DNA of 64,000 bases from Candidatus Omnitrophota bacterium (GCA_029560465.1 JAKQKX010000102.1:68601-132600), one strand, 5' to 3'; numbered from the stretch's first letter, positions 22,229 through 32,717 are shown. Notes: generated by a model not told the origin, from the sequence alone. Program-made: numbers and translations.

Positions 22229-23647
22229 TCAAGATCTTAAAAGCTTATCGCCATATTGAATCAATTCCTTGGCGCGTTTCAGAGTTTTGGCCTCTGAATA
22301 GGCGCGCACCAACGGTTCGGTCCCGGAAGGCCGGAGCATAAGCCAACTCTCATCCTCACAAATGAGCTTGACACCGTCAGAATCTCGCATATCAACGACT
22401 TTCTTCCCCAACAGGCTCGTGGTTTCCTTAAACCGCTGGATATCAAATGGTTTGGCCCCAAGCTTCACATCGCTTCTTTGGTAATAATAACGTCCAAACT
22501 CCTGTTCCATCTCCTCCACGATTTTCTTAATATTCTTCTTCTGATAAACCATCATTTCCAGCAGCAAAAGCCCGGCCAGAGTACCGTCCCGCTCCGGGAT
22601 ATAATCCTGGAAACCCATCCCGCCTGCTTCCTCACCCCCGGCGACAATATTTTCAGATACCATCAAATCAGAAATGTATTTAAACCCCACCGGCGTTTCA
22701 TAGAGTTTCAAATCCAATTTGGCCGCGATTTTATCCAGCATCGTCGTCCCGCAGATCGTTTTCACAACCCCGCCCTTCCGGCCCCGATTCCTCACCAAAT
22801 GTAAAATAAGCAACCCGAGGATTTTCTGCGGATGCAGAAATTCCCCCCCGGATGCCACCGCCGCAATCCGGTCCGCGTCCCCGTCCAAGACCAGCCCCAA
22901 GTCAAAACCTTCTGTTTTAACCCGTTTGATAATGCCGTCCAAGTACTGCACCACCGGCTCCGGCTTCTTCCCGTCAAAATAAGGATTGATGTCTTCCCGC
23001 ATCAGCGACAGCCGGACGCTTGTGCCCTTCAAAGCCTCGGCGATCAGGCTATCCCCGCTGCCGTGCATCGCGTCCATCAACACCTTAAACCGGGCCGTCT
23101 TAATTTTCTTCAAATCAATGTAATTCCTTATAAACTTCAGGTAAGCGGTTTTGTAATTTTGCATGACAACCTTCCCGGCCTGCCTGGCTTCGTTAAAATC
23201 CATGGGCTGAACCGGCGTTTCACAGATATAGCCTTCCACTTTATTCGTGATCTCTTTGGAGGCCCCACCGCCCTGCGCCGTCTTGATTTTCACCCCGTTG
23301 AACTTATACGGATTATGGCTCGCCGTGATCATAATCCCCGCCACGCACGCGTGGACCGTGACCCCGTAACTGAGGGCCGGTGTCGGGATAGGCGCGTCTG
23401 ACAACACCACATCGATATCGTTCTTCGCCAAAACACAAGCCACGGTCTCGGCGAACTCGGCGGACATAAAACGGGTGTCGTACCCCACCGCCACGCGTTT
23501 CCGGCCATTGATGTCAGCGAGGTCCCGTTTGACCCATTCGCTGATCGCCTGGCTGAGGACAGCCACATTCTCAAACGTGAATGTGTCGGCGATCACCGCG
23601 CGCCATCCATCAGTCCCGAATTTGATTATGTCTTTCTTAGAAATCAT
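22229..23647 (-). CDS. Phosphoglucomutase/phosphomannomutase family protein (alpha-D-phosphohexomutase)
   Basis: Phosphoserine active-site loop TASHNP, FGTDGWRAV N-terminus, and a metal-binding DGDADR loop. I trimmed the start to the internal MISKKD. Confidence 0.9.
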   Translation of the reverse strand: MISKKDIIKFGTDGWRAVIADTFTFENVAVLSQAISEWVKRDLADINGRKRVAVGYDTRFMSAEFAETVACVLAKNDIDVVLSDAPIPTPALSYGVTVHACVAGIMITASHNPYKFNGVKIKTAQGGGASKEITNKVEGYICETPVQPMDFNEARQAGKVVMQNYKTAYLKFIRNYIDLKKIKTARFKVLMDAMHGSGDSLIAEALKGTSVRLSLMREDINPYFDGKKPEPVVQYLDGIIKRVKTEGFDLGLVLDGDADRIAAVASGGEFLHPQKILGLLILHLVRNRGRKGGVVKTICGTTMLDKIAAKLDLKLYETPVGFKYISDLMVSENIVAGGEEAGGMGFQDYIPERDGTLAGLLLLEMMVYQKKNIKKIVEEMEQEFGRYYYQRSDVKLGAKPFDIQRFKETTSLLGKKVVDMRDSDGVKLICEDESWLMLRPSGTEPLVRAYSEAKTLKRAKELIQYGDKLLRS

Positions 23648-23666
23648 CTGCGCTCCCCCGTTTCTT

Positions 23667-24254
23667 TTATTTATCAATTTTATACAACTGATTTTGTTCA
23701 ATATACTCCAAAACCTTGTCCGGGATAAGGTATTTAATCGTCTTCCCCTGCCCAATCGCCCGGCGAAGATACGACGAAGAGATGTCCATCCCGGGCAGCA
23801 TGACAGACTGAAATTTAATTTTTTTCTGGTGATGCCGGAAGCCGGGCCGGTTCACAACGATAAAAGTGACGATTTCGACAATACGGTCAATCTCTTTCCA
23901 GGTCTCAAGGGTGTCGACATTATCCTCCCCGACGATAAAAAAAAGTTTAGTTTCGGCCGGATAAATCTCCCGGAAATGGCGGACCGTGTCGACCGAATAA
24001 GACTTGCCGCCTTTCTGAATTTCGTAATCGGACACTTCAAACCTGGGGTTGCCCCGCGTCGCCAGCGCCACCATTTGATACCGGTCCCGGGCCGACGCCA
24101 ACCGCGGGATCTTCTTGTGCGGCGGCAACGCGGACGGGACAAAAATCACCTTGTCAAGACGGCACTTCTCCAAAGCCTTCTGGGCGATCGCCATATGCCC
24201 GATATGAACCGGATCAAATGTGCCTCCCAATATACCAATACGCGATGGCGTCAT
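23667..24254 (-). CDS. nadD: Nicotinate-nucleotide adenylyltransferase
   Basis: 195 aa with the GGTFDPVHIGH nucleotidyltransferase motif. Confidence 0.92.
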   Translation of the reverse strand: MTPSRIGILGGTFDPVHIGHMAIAQKALEKCRLDKVIFVPSALPPHKKIPRLASARDRYQMVALATRGNPRFEVSDYEIQKGGKSYSVDTVRHFREIYPAETKLFFIVGEDNVDTLETWKEIDRIVEIVTFIVVNRPGFRHHQKKIKFQSVMLPGMDISSSYLRRAIGQGKTIKYLIPDKVLEYIEQNQLYKIDK

Positions 24255-24269
24255 ACGCTTTCGTCCGGT

Positions 24270-25526
24270 TTAACCCCTGATTTGCCCTTTGCCAAGGATG
24301 ATGTATTTATACGTTGTCAACTCCTGCAAGGCCATGGGCCCCCGGGCGTGCAGCTTATCTGTGCTAATCCCGATTTCCGCTCCGAATCCAAATTCATAAC
24401 CGTCCGTGAAACGGGTCGAGGCGTTGCTGTAAACGCAAGCGGAGTCCACCCCCTGAAGGAACTGACGGGCTTCATTTCTATCCGACGTCACGATCGCGTC
24501 GGAATGATGCGATCCGTATGTATTAATATGGTCAATCGCCTCATTGACCGATGACACGACTTTAACCGACAGGATAAGGTCCAAATATTCTTCACCCCAG
24601 TCTTCTTCCCGGGCGGGCTTCACCCCTTTGACAATACGCCGGGTAAACGGGCAACCGCGGATTTCCACTCCGGCCTTCATAAGGGCGCCCAGCATAACCG
24701 GGAGGAATCTTCCGGCGATGTCCTTATGCACCAGCATCGTTTCCATGGCGTTGCACACGCCGGGGCGCTGCACCTTGGCGTTAAAACAGATCTGATGGGC
24801 CATATGGATATCCGCCCGGTCGGAAACATACGTATGGCAAACCCCTTTATAATGTTTGATGACCGGGATCAGAGAATGTTCGGACACAAAACGGATCAGG
24901 CCTTCCCCCCCCCGGGGAATAATCAGGTCCACCTCATCACGGCATTTTAAAAGCGCCTGGACAGCCTGCCGGTCCGTGGACGCTATCATCTGGATGACAT
25001 CAACCGGAATCCGAGTCTGCCTTAACGCTTCTTTCAGGACGTTAAAAATTGCCTGGTTGGAGAACAAGGCCTCTTTTCCCCCTTTTAATATGACCGCGTT
25101 GCCTGACTTCAGACATAACCCGACGCAGTCACTGGTTACGTTCGGACGGGCTTCATAAATAATCCCGATCAGCCCCAAGGGAACCCGGACTTTTTCAATT
25201 TTTAATCCGTTAGGACGGGTAAAAGTCTCGATGACGTCCCCGACAGGATCTTTTAACGCGGCCGTTTCTTTCAGGCAGTCAACCATCCCCCGGATGCGTT
25301 TATCCGTCAATGTCAACCGGTCAACCAGCGCTTGAGGGTGTTGGGCTTTTTGAGAGGCGGCCACATCTTTCTGATTCTCAGACAGGATCCGGGCCCCATT
25401 CTCCAGGAGGGCCTGAGCCATGCTTTTTAAAGCCTTATTCTTTTCCGCCGCAGTGGTCAGCGCCAAGACACGCGCGGCTGCCTTAGCCTTGCGGGCCATC
25501 GCCCTTATAGTTTTCTCTGTGTTCAT
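24270..25526 (-). CDS. proA: Gamma-glutamyl phosphate reductase
   Basis: 418 aa, aldehyde-dehydrogenase-like ProA sequence, immediately downstream of proB. Confidence 0.95.
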   Translation of the reverse strand: MNTEKTIRAMARKAKAAARVLALTTAAEKNKALKSMAQALLENGARILSENQKDVAASQKAQHPQALVDRLTLTDKRIRGMVDCLKETAALKDPVGDVIETFTRPNGLKIEKVRVPLGLIGIIYEARPNVTSDCVGLCLKSGNAVILKGGKEALFSNQAIFNVLKEALRQTRIPVDVIQMIASTDRQAVQALLKCRDEVDLIIPRGGEGLIRFVSEHSLIPVIKHYKGVCHTYVSDRADIHMAHQICFNAKVQRPGVCNAMETMLVHKDIAGRFLPVMLGALMKAGVEIRGCPFTRRIVKGVKPAREEDWGEEYLDLILSVKVVSSVNEAIDHINTYGSHHSDAIVTSDRNEARQFLQGVDSACVYSNASTRFTDGYEFGFGAEIGISTDKLHARGPMALQELTTYKYIILGKGQIRG

Positions 25527-25574
25527 CCCCCGTCCCTCACTTCAGCAGATTCTCAAACGCGCCGAGAAAGCCCC

Positions 25575-26687
25575 TTAGCGCTGACAAAGCACCAGGTTAT
25601 CGCAATGGATAGCTTCCTTTTGTCCCCGCCGGGCTTCACTCCCCGTCTGCAGGGCTTTGTTAAGGTCCGCCGTGGAATAATTTGAAATCCCCCTGGCAAT
25701 CTCCTGCTGGTCTTTCCCGCGCACCATCACAACATCCTGGGCCTTAAAATGCCCTTCAATTTTCAATACCCCGGGCAAAAGAAGGCTGCGCCCGCCTTGC
25801 AACAGGGCCTTCTCCGCCCCCGCATCGACAAAAATCACGCCCTGGGGTTTAGCCCCGAAAGAAATCCAATGTTTTCGTGACAAAAGCCGATTTTCTTTTT
25901 CAACAAACAACGTCCCGATCCGCTCTCCATCCAAAATGCGAAGCAAAACATCCTTCGTGCGGCCGTTGGCGATGATGCACGGCACATTCGCCCGCGTCGC
26001 AACCTGGACCGCCTGAAGCTTGGCGGACATCCCGCCTTTGGCCATATGCTTGTTAGATGTCCCGGCCGCCAGGCCTTCAATCTGCGCTGTAATCTCCCTG
26101 ATTTCACGAAAGACTTTTTTGCGCCCGGTTCTCAGGTCATACAGCCCTTCGACGTCGGACAGAATAACCAGCAAGTCCGCGTGCATCTGGCTGGCAACCA
26201 GGGCGGAAAGCCTGTCATTATCCCCGAACTTGATTTCCTCCGTTGAGATTGTGTCATTCTCGTTGATGACAGGAATCGCCTTCCGCTCTAAAATCGTTTT
26301 CAGCGTGGCCCGGGCGTTGTTAAAACGCGCCCGGTCGGAAAAATCATCCCAAGTTAATAAAACCTGCGCGCAGGTTATTTTCTCCGGTTTAAACAAATCC
26401 GCGTACGTGCGCATCAAGACCAGCTGCCCGATGGCCGCCAGGGCCTGCAGCGAAGACACGTCTCCGGGACGCACGCGAAGCTGCTGCTCTCCCATTCCCA
26501 GAACAATAGCGCCGGAGCTGACCAAAATCACTTCCACTCCGCGTTTATGCAAAAGCCCGATCTGGGAAACCAAGGTTTTCAATAGCGCCGTGCGCGGCTT
26601 CATGCGGTATGACGCGATGCTGCTTGAGCCGATTTTAATAACAATCCGTTTAATAGGTCTTGGAAATTTCCTGGACATGATGCCCAC
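25575..26687 (-). CDS. proB: Glutamate 5-kinase
   Basis: 370 aa with an amino-acid kinase domain (IVIKIGSSS) plus a C-terminal PUA domain. Confidence 0.95.
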   Translation of the reverse strand: MGIMSRKFPRPIKRIVIKIGSSSIASYRMKPRTALLKTLVSQIGLLHKRGVEVILVSSGAIVLGMGEQQLRVRPGDVSSLQALAAIGQLVLMRTYADLFKPEKITCAQVLLTWDDFSDRARFNNARATLKTILERKAIPVINENDTISTEEIKFGDNDRLSALVASQMHADLLVILSDVEGLYDLRTGRKKVFREIREITAQIEGLAAGTSNKHMAKGGMSAKLQAVQVATRANVPCIIANGRTKDVLLRILDGERIGTLFVEKENRLLSRKHWISFGAKPQGVIFVDAGAEKALLQGGRSLLLPGVLKIEGHFKAQDVVMVRGKDQQEIARGISNYSTADLNKALQTGSEARRGQKEAIHCDNLVLCQR

Positions 26688-26690
26688 CTT

Positions 26691-27695
26691 TTAGGACAAG
26701 GGGCCCTTCAGATTCTGCAAGCTCTCCCGAATTTGCGTCACGACAGCCTCAACACCGTCCCCGGTTTGAGCGGATATGGACATGGCCCTGATATCCGGGT
26801 ACCTCTGCCTAAAACGCCGGAGATGCCCGGAGGACTGCGGAAGATCCATCTTGTTCGCCACCACAATCTTCTGTTTCACCGAAAGCCGGTCACTGTAAGA
26901 CGCGACTTCCTCGTTGATCTTTTCATAATCCTCGCAGGGATCACGGCCTTCCGTGGCGGCCATGTCAATCACGTGCACCAAAATCTGCGTGCGTTCCGCG
27001 TGTTTGAGAAAGCGGTCGCCCAAGCCCCTTCCAGAATGAGCCCCTTCAATAAGCCCGGGGAGATCGGCCACGATAAAATCCTGGCCCGGTTCGCCTTGGA
27101 CAACCCCCAGGACCGGGGCTTTTGTCGTGAACGGGTAATCCGCGACTTTTGACCTTACCTTAGATATACAATTAATCAGCGTTGATTTTCCGGCATTGGG
27201 GAAACCGATAATGCCCACATCCGCAATCAGTTTTAATTCCAGATGAATCGTCCGGGCTTGACCGACACCCGGCGGCGCCGGCGTCCGGTTATAGATATTT
27301 CCCCTGCCCCCGGCTCCGCCTTGGGCGACAAGGATGCGTTGCCCATGCTCCGTGAGGTCCCGGATCAAAAGGCCGGTGTCCTTGTCACGGACGATCGTGC
27401 CCACAGGGATCTTCAAAACACAATCTTCAGCGGTCTTGCCCTTTTTCCCTTTACTGCCGCCGTGTCCGCCGTTATCCGCTTTATAATGCTGTTTATACCG
27501 ATAATCCAATAAAGTTTGGATATGGCTGTCGGCCTCAAAAACAATGTCGCCGCCCTTGCCTCCATCGCCGCCATCCGGCCGAGGATGGCGCATATACTTA
27601 TCCCGGTAAAAACTTTCGCATCCTTTTCCGCCATTGCCCGCATTCAAAAAAATCCGTGCTTCATCCACAAAAGCCATGGTCTCGTCTTCTTTCAA
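26691..27695 (-). CDS. obg: GTPase Obg
   Basis: 334 aa with the Gly-rich Obg fold (GGDGGKGGDIVF, GGAGGRGN) and a GTPase domain (GFPNAGKST, DLPG). Confidence 0.95.
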   Translation of the reverse strand: MKEDETMAFVDEARIFLNAGNGGKGCESFYRDKYMRHPRPDGGDGGKGGDIVFEADSHIQTLLDYRYKQHYKADNGGHGGSKGKKGKTAEDCVLKIPVGTIVRDKDTGLLIRDLTEHGQRILVAQGGAGGRGNIYNRTPAPPGVGQARTIHLELKLIADVGIIGFPNAGKSTLINCISKVRSKVADYPFTTKAPVLGVVQGEPGQDFIVADLPGLIEGAHSGRGLGDRFLKHAERTQILVHVIDMAATEGRDPCEDYEKINEEVASYSDRLSVKQKIVVANKMDLPQSSGHLRRFRQRYPDIRAMSISAQTGDGVEAVVTQIRESLQNLKGPLS

Positions 27696-27718
27696 CCCTT
27701 GTTTCAGGCCGAATGATT

Positions 27719-28060
27719 TTACGCGCCGACAACAATTCTCTTGATTTGAAGCGCCGTGAGTTTTTCCCGAGAAGCCCTTTTGGAAGATGAGCTTTTCCGC
27801 AACCGATATTTGAAAGCCACCACCTTCGCCCCCCCCATGTGATTCAGAACTTCGGCCTGCACCTTCACGTCCCCCAAATAAGGTTTGCCAACCCGGACAT
27901 TGGCGCCATCGGAAAGCAATAGGACCTGGTTTAAGCTCAGTTCCTCTCCCTTTTCCCCTTTTAAACGATTCAGCTGAATCACGTCGCCCTCACTGACCTT
28001 AAACTGGGATGAACCAATTTTAATAACGGCAAACATAAACTCCTCCTTCACGCTCCCCAA
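27719..28060 (-). CDS. rplU: 50S ribosomal protein L21
   Basis: L21-like (MFAVIKIGSSQFKVSEGDVIQL...). The true start is probably the internal MFAVIK. Confidence 0.9.
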   Translation of the reverse strand: MGSVKEEFMFAVIKIGSSQFKVSEGDVIQLNRLKGEKGEELSLNQVLLLSDGANVRVGKPYLGDVKVQAEVLNHMGGAKVVAFKYRLRKSSSSKRASREKLTALQIKRIVVGA

Positions 28061-28196
28061 AACATGTTATAGAATTAGTATTTCTTAAATACTTCATTAA
28101 ACCCTATTATAGGAAAAAGTCAACAAAATTCTGCAACCGGCCTGCCCGGGGCGTATGCCCCCCAGGCCGCGCATAAGGACGTCCCCCAACAGCGGC

Positions 28197-29495
28197 TCAG
28201 CTGGTTTTAACTCTCCCACGCCCATCACAATACGGGCAGACGCCAAAAGCGATGGATTCCAAAGCTTTGCCAGTCCTGGCCCGCGTCATTTCGACCAATC
28301 CTAAAGAAGAAATCTGATTCACTTCTGACTTGGCGTGATCTTTTTTTAAAGCCACTTGCAACGCTTCCAAGACTTTCCTTTTATGCATCTCCCGGGACAT
28401 GTCAATAAAATCAATAACGATAATCCCGCCCAGATCGCGCAAACGGAGCTGCCGGGCGATCTCCGGGGCGGCTTCCATATTCACCATGAAAGCCGCTTCT
28501 TCAGGAGAAGCCTTCGTTTTAAAACGGCCGCTGTTGACATCAACGACTATCAGCCCCTCCGTGGGCTCAATGACGATATACGCCCCGGACTTCAGGAGAA
28601 CCCGCGGATTATAAATCTTCTCCAACTCTTTGGACACCCCCTTCGCTTCGAAAAGTGGGCTGGTACCCCGGTACAAATGAATCTTATGGATTTCTTCCTT
28701 CCCGATCAGATTCTGGACAAATTTCTTCAACTTTATAAAATCTTCCGAAGAATCAATGACAACCTTGTCCACCCGCGCGTTGAGATAATCCCTGACCACT
28801 TTCCAGATAAGGTCAAATTCCTTATAAATCAGCGCCGGAGCTTTTTTATTCTCGGCCAATTTGGTGATCTGCTGCCAGATTTTATAAAGGAACTTCGCGT
28901 CCCTGAGCAATTCCCTTTTCCCCTGTTCACAAGAAACCGTCCTCACGATAAACCCGCCCTGCCGCGTGAACGTAAACCCTTTCAGCACATCCTTAAGACG
29001 CTGGCGCTCGTCCATATTCAAAATTTTCTTGGAGACACCGTTATGGCTGTCAAACGGCATATACACGATAAACCGCCCGGCGAGGGAAATATGCGTCGTC
29101 AGGCGGGCCCCTTTATTGCTGAACGGGTCCTTGACGACCTGGACCAAAATCTCCTGCCCCTCCTTCAGGGGCTGCGGCGACGCCTCTTGTCGGGGGGCAG
29201 TCTTATCTTTATGCTTTAAAATACGGTGCAGCAATTTCTTGGGCCCGTTGATCTCCTCTTCCAGCAACGGGTTGATCGCGTCCGTCAAATAGAGGAACCC
29301 GTTTTTCTCCTGGCCGATATTAACGAAAGCCCCGTTAATGGACGGCAAGATGGATTCGACCCTCCCCTTGTAAACGTTCCCCAAGATAGACTGATCATTG
29401 ACTTTCTCAATATAAAAATCATCCAGTTTCCCTTCATCAATAATGGCGACCCGGGTTTCCCCCGTTCCGATCTGAATCAAAATCTCTCTCGACAC
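28197..29495 (-). CDS. rng: Ribonuclease E/G family protein (RNase G-like)
   Basis: 432 aa with an N-terminal S1 domain and an RNase E/G catalytic core (GLIVVDVNSG, DLGGIIVIDFIDM). Confidence 0.9.
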   Translation of the reverse strand: MSREILIQIGTGETRVAIIDEGKLDDFYIEKVNDQSILGNVYKGRVESILPSINGAFVNIGQEKNGFLYLTDAINPLLEEEINGPKKLLHRILKHKDKTAPRQEASPQPLKEGQEILVQVVKDPFSNKGARLTTHISLAGRFIVYMPFDSHNGVSKKILNMDERQRLKDVLKGFTFTRQGGFIVRTVSCEQGKRELLRDAKFLYKIWQQITKLAENKKAPALIYKEFDLIWKVVRDYLNARVDKVVIDSSEDFIKLKKFVQNLIGKEEIHKIHLYRGTSPLFEAKGVSKELEKIYNPRVLLKSGAYIVIEPTEGLIVVDVNSGRFKTKASPEEAAFMVNMEAAPEIARQLRLRDLGGIIVIDFIDMSREMHKRKVLEALQVALKKDHAKSEVNQISSLGLVEMTRARTGKALESIAFGVCPYCDGRGRVKTS

Positions 29496-29719
29496 AATCC
29501 CTCCTTATCCCTCAATCCAATTTCTTAACTATTAACGCCCGCCTCGGGGATCAAACATCCGACCCGCAAAACGCTTGCCCGGCAACCCCTGAGCCGCGGT
29601 CCATTCTCCCCGTAAAGTCCGTAAAAGGATACCTCTGCCCCCACGTTCCATCTTGCGTGAACCGGAGGCAGAGGTTGCGATCTTCAAGCTTCTCAACGCG
29701 TTACAACCCGGCAGCGCGA

Positions 29720-31069
29720 TTACGGCTGCTCCTGCGAGATAATGTGCGGCGTCAGGAAAATCAACAAATCGGTCTTTGTCGACGTCTTTTCCGTCTTCTG
29801 AAAAAGCAGGCCCAAAAGCGGAATGTCTCCTAAAATCGGAAGCTTCCTTTTCACATCCGAACTCTGATCCCTGATCAAACCGGCGATAACCAGCGTTTCC
29901 CCGTTTTTGATCATAACGCTCGTCGTAACTTCTTCGGTGCTCAACTGCGGCATCGACGTGTTTTCGACCGTCACAAAATCCAGAATCGCAGTAATCTTCG
30001 GGTTGATGTCCAGAGTCACGAACCCGGTGTTGTTCACATGCGGCGTGACCTCAAAAATAATGCCGATATCCTTGAATTCCCAATCACTGATCTGCATTTT
30101 CCCTTGTTCATCGTTATAATTATAGTTCGGAATCGGATACTGGCTTCCGACGGTAATTTTGGCCATTTTATTGTCCAGCGTGACAATACGCGGGTTCGAC
30201 AAAATATTGGTATCGCTCCGGGTTGACAGCATTTCAAAAACAGCCTGTGCCTCGGCGAAACTTAAAGTCCCGAGAGAGAACCCGGAAGTAGTCGTGGTGG
30301 GTTGAAAGCCAGAATCATCGTCACCTATCGACGGGAAATTATACGGCGAGTATTTATTGGACGTATCTATCGTAAATGGCCACATATGCGGGCGGGCTGA
30401 TCCGGTGACAGTGGCCTTCGCGACCCAGTCGACCCCCAGCTTATCGGTGTTGCTCAAGGTGGTCTCCACAATCTTCGCCTCAATCAAAACCTGGGGCGTC
30501 GTTTTATCCAGCTGATCGATAACCGTTGATATCAATTCCAGATTTTCTGGGATATCGCGGACGATCACGGCGTTGGTGCGCTCATCCATGTTGATGCTGC
30601 CCCGGCTGGTTTTCATTTTATCGATGGACCCCATGACATCCGTCGCTTTGGCGTAATTCAAAATATACGTCTTGGTCACCAGCGGCTCCTGATCAGACAG
30701 CAGCTTGGCGTCTTCACGCCTTTTCTTTAAATTCTCAATCGTCGTGACCGTGATGATGTTCCCCCTCTGTTCATACGCGTAGCCGTACGTCTCCAGGACG
30801 ACCTGTAGAGCCTTCTGCCACGGAACGTCCTGCAGTTTAATCGTGATCAAACCCGTCACCTCCGGGCCGGCCACAATGTTGACCCCGCTCTTGTAGGAGA
30901 GGATCCTCAGGACATTCTGAATATCCGCGTCCCTGAAATCCAGGCTGACGTTCCCCCCCTCCGACATGGAGAGGTTTTCTGGAGAACCCGCCGTTGTGCC
31001 GTCTTGCGCATACACAGGAGTCATCATCAAGGCCAAAAAAATAACCAGTATTACCCATCGTTTCAACAT
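29720..31069 (-). CDS. pilQ: Type IV pilus secretin PilQ
   Basis: 449 aa, signal peptide, N0/N1-like region, and a C-terminal secretin domain (RKLPILGDIPLLGLLF...DLLIFLTPHII). Confidence 0.9.
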   Translation of the reverse strand: MLKRWVILVIFLALMMTPVYAQDGTTAGSPENLSMSEGGNVSLDFRDADIQNVLRILSYKSGVNIVAGPEVTGLITIKLQDVPWQKALQVVLETYGYAYEQRGNIITVTTIENLKKRREDAKLLSDQEPLVTKTYILNYAKATDVMGSIDKMKTSRGSINMDERTNAVIVRDIPENLELISTVIDQLDKTTPQVLIEAKIVETTLSNTDKLGVDWVAKATVTGSARPHMWPFTIDTSNKYSPYNFPSIGDDDSGFQPTTTTSGFSLGTLSFAEAQAVFEMLSTRSDTNILSNPRIVTLDNKMAKITVGSQYPIPNYNYNDEQGKMQISDWEFKDIGIIFEVTPHVNNTGFVTLDINPKITAILDFVTVENTSMPQLSTEEVTTSVMIKNGETLVIAGLIRDQSSDVKRKLPILGDIPLLGLLFQKTEKTSTKTDLLIFLTPHIISQEQP

Positions 31070-31070
31070 A

Positions 31071-31460
31071 TTAATCCTCCTTTTTAAGTTTTAAAATGAC
31101 TCGTTCTTGACCTTTTTGTAATGTCACTCGGTTTTCCTTTATATCTTTAACGGTAAACACACCGATGGATTCGTCTTTCTGCAAAATTTTCCCGTTGATA
31201 ATCGCCACATTCTTTCCGCCATCCCCGACGTAAATCCCTTCCAGGATCAAATCCGTTGCCAGGAGGTCCTTTTCGAAACTGACAATCATGCCCTTGGAAT
31301 TCACCAACGGCCAGAAAGGGTCCCGCCGGTCATGGCTGTCATACACATGGTCAGGGCGGCCCTCTCCAGCGGCCTCTTCATCGGCGGCCCCGCAGGGCGT
31401 CACGCCGGCCAAGGCCATGATCAGAACCGCTGACAAAAACCGGACTTTTGCGCTTTTCAT
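31071..31460 (-). CDS. pilP: Pilus assembly protein PilP-like
   Basis: 129 aa, signal peptide with a Cys near the cleavage site (possible lipoprotein), beta-sandwich-like C-terminus. Overlaps the pilO stop by 4 nt; located between pilO and pilQ. Confidence 0.6.
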   Translation of the reverse strand: MKSAKVRFLSAVLIMALAGVTPCGAADEEAAGEGRPDHVYDSHDRRDPFWPLVNSKGMIVSFEKDLLATDLILEGIYVGDGGKNVAIINGKILQKDESIGVFTVKDIKENRVTLQKGQERVILKLKKED

Positions 31461-32062
31461 TTTTTCTGCCCGCCTTCAAACACAACCATCTCTATAGCCA
31501 GGTTAATGGACGCCGTCTGCTTGTCCTCAACGCCCGTTTGAATGGAAAAATTCGGCAACCGCCAGAAAACCCCTTCCCGTTCCAATTCATTCAAAAACCG
31601 GCCAAACTGGTGATACCCGCTCTGGGCTTCGATGACAATAGGGATAGAAAAATACTTGCCCTCATTGCTCTCTAAAACCGGATCATTCATGGCCGTCTGC
31701 GGTAAAATCTGTTCGACCTTAACGCTGTGTTTATCGGCGATCCGCGAAATGTTTTCCAGAAGAAACGGGACATCTTCTTTCCTCTTAATCCTCCGTTGCA
31801 AATTTTGATACTTATCTTCCAGCCGGGCCAACTCCTTTTTATACTGGTTGACACGGAGAATGTTATTCCTGGTTTCCGCCACATCCCGGTTCAATTCTTC
31901 AAGCTTAGGGTTAATAGCCTGAAGCGTCTTCAATTGGAACTGCAACGGGAACAGGTAAAACACCCCGAGAATCACAACAAAGATGCCCGCCATCAAAAAG
32001 AAGGGGCTTTTCTCATTGATCTTGTTCACCACGGATCCCATCTGGTTCTTGACATCGCTCAT
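31457..32062 (-). CDS. pilO: Pilus assembly protein PilO
   Basis: 201 aa: short cytoplasmic N-terminus, one TM helix, a coiled-coil segment, and a periplasmic C-terminal domain. Position between pilN and pilP. Confidence 0.7.
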   Translation of the reverse strand: MSDVKNQMGSVVNKINEKSPFFLMAGIFVVILGVFYLFPLQFQLKTLQAINPKLEELNRDVAETRNNILRVNQYKKELARLEDKYQNLQRRIKRKEDVPFLLENISRIADKHSVKVEQILPQTAMNDPVLESNEGKYFSIPIVIEAQSGYHQFGRFLNELEREGVFWRLPNFSIQTGVEDKQTASINLAIEMVVFEGGQKK

Positions 32063-32089
32063 GCTTTTAACCCTTATCCCGGGATACAG

Positions 32090-32677
32090 CTATAAATCCA
32101 CCCGGATCGTAAAATCCGCGACCGGAGTTCCGTTAATCGTCCGGCTCTTAATGTACTCGAGTTCTATCTCACTAAAATCCTTCATAAACGCGTCATTGTC
32201 TTTCAAACTGGTGTTAAAACTGTGGACGCCAATCATTTCGGTCTGTGTTTTTGAAACGGCGCTGCCGTTAATCAGCAAGACCCCTTGTTCCAGTTGCATC
32301 TTCGTCAACCACACCCCGCGCGGAAGATTATCGCTGATCTCATTTAATTTTTGTGACCACATAAAATCCCGGTTTCCAAGAATCTTTTCCAGGGGCGCGA
32401 GCTTGCCGTTAAGCTCTTTAATCTGCCCGGTATAGCGTTCCGTATTGATTTTCTGCGGGACAAGTTCGGCCAGTTCGGACATCAAACGCTTGCGCTCCGC
32501 CAGTTTCATGGAAATCATAAACTGCAAAGCCCCCGCCCCCAAAGCCAGTAAAACGATCAGCAGGCTTGCGTAACCAATGACCGCATGTTTGGACAAGCCC
32601 GCGGCCGGCTCATGCGCCGCAGAGCGAGCTTTCTTCTTTTTTTTCAGTTGTGGAGGGACTAAATTAATTTCAATCAT
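32090..32677 (-). CDS. pilN: Pilus assembly protein PilN
   Basis: 195 aa starting MIEINLVPP (the conserved INLLP-type PilN N-terminus), one TM helix and a periplasmic coiled coil. Confidence 0.85.
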   Translation of the reverse strand: MIEINLVPPQLKKKKKARSAAHEPAAGLSKHAVIGYASLLIVLLALGAGALQFMISMKLAERKRLMSELAELVPQKINTERYTGQIKELNGKLAPLEKILGNRDFMWSQKLNEISDNLPRGVWLTKMQLEQGVLLINGSAVSKTQTEMIGVHSFNTSLKDNDAFMKDFSEIELEYIKSRTINGTPVADFTIRVDL

Positions 32678-32717
32678 ACGTTATGGACCGGCCCATTCTT
32701 GCCGTTACCTTTCGTGA

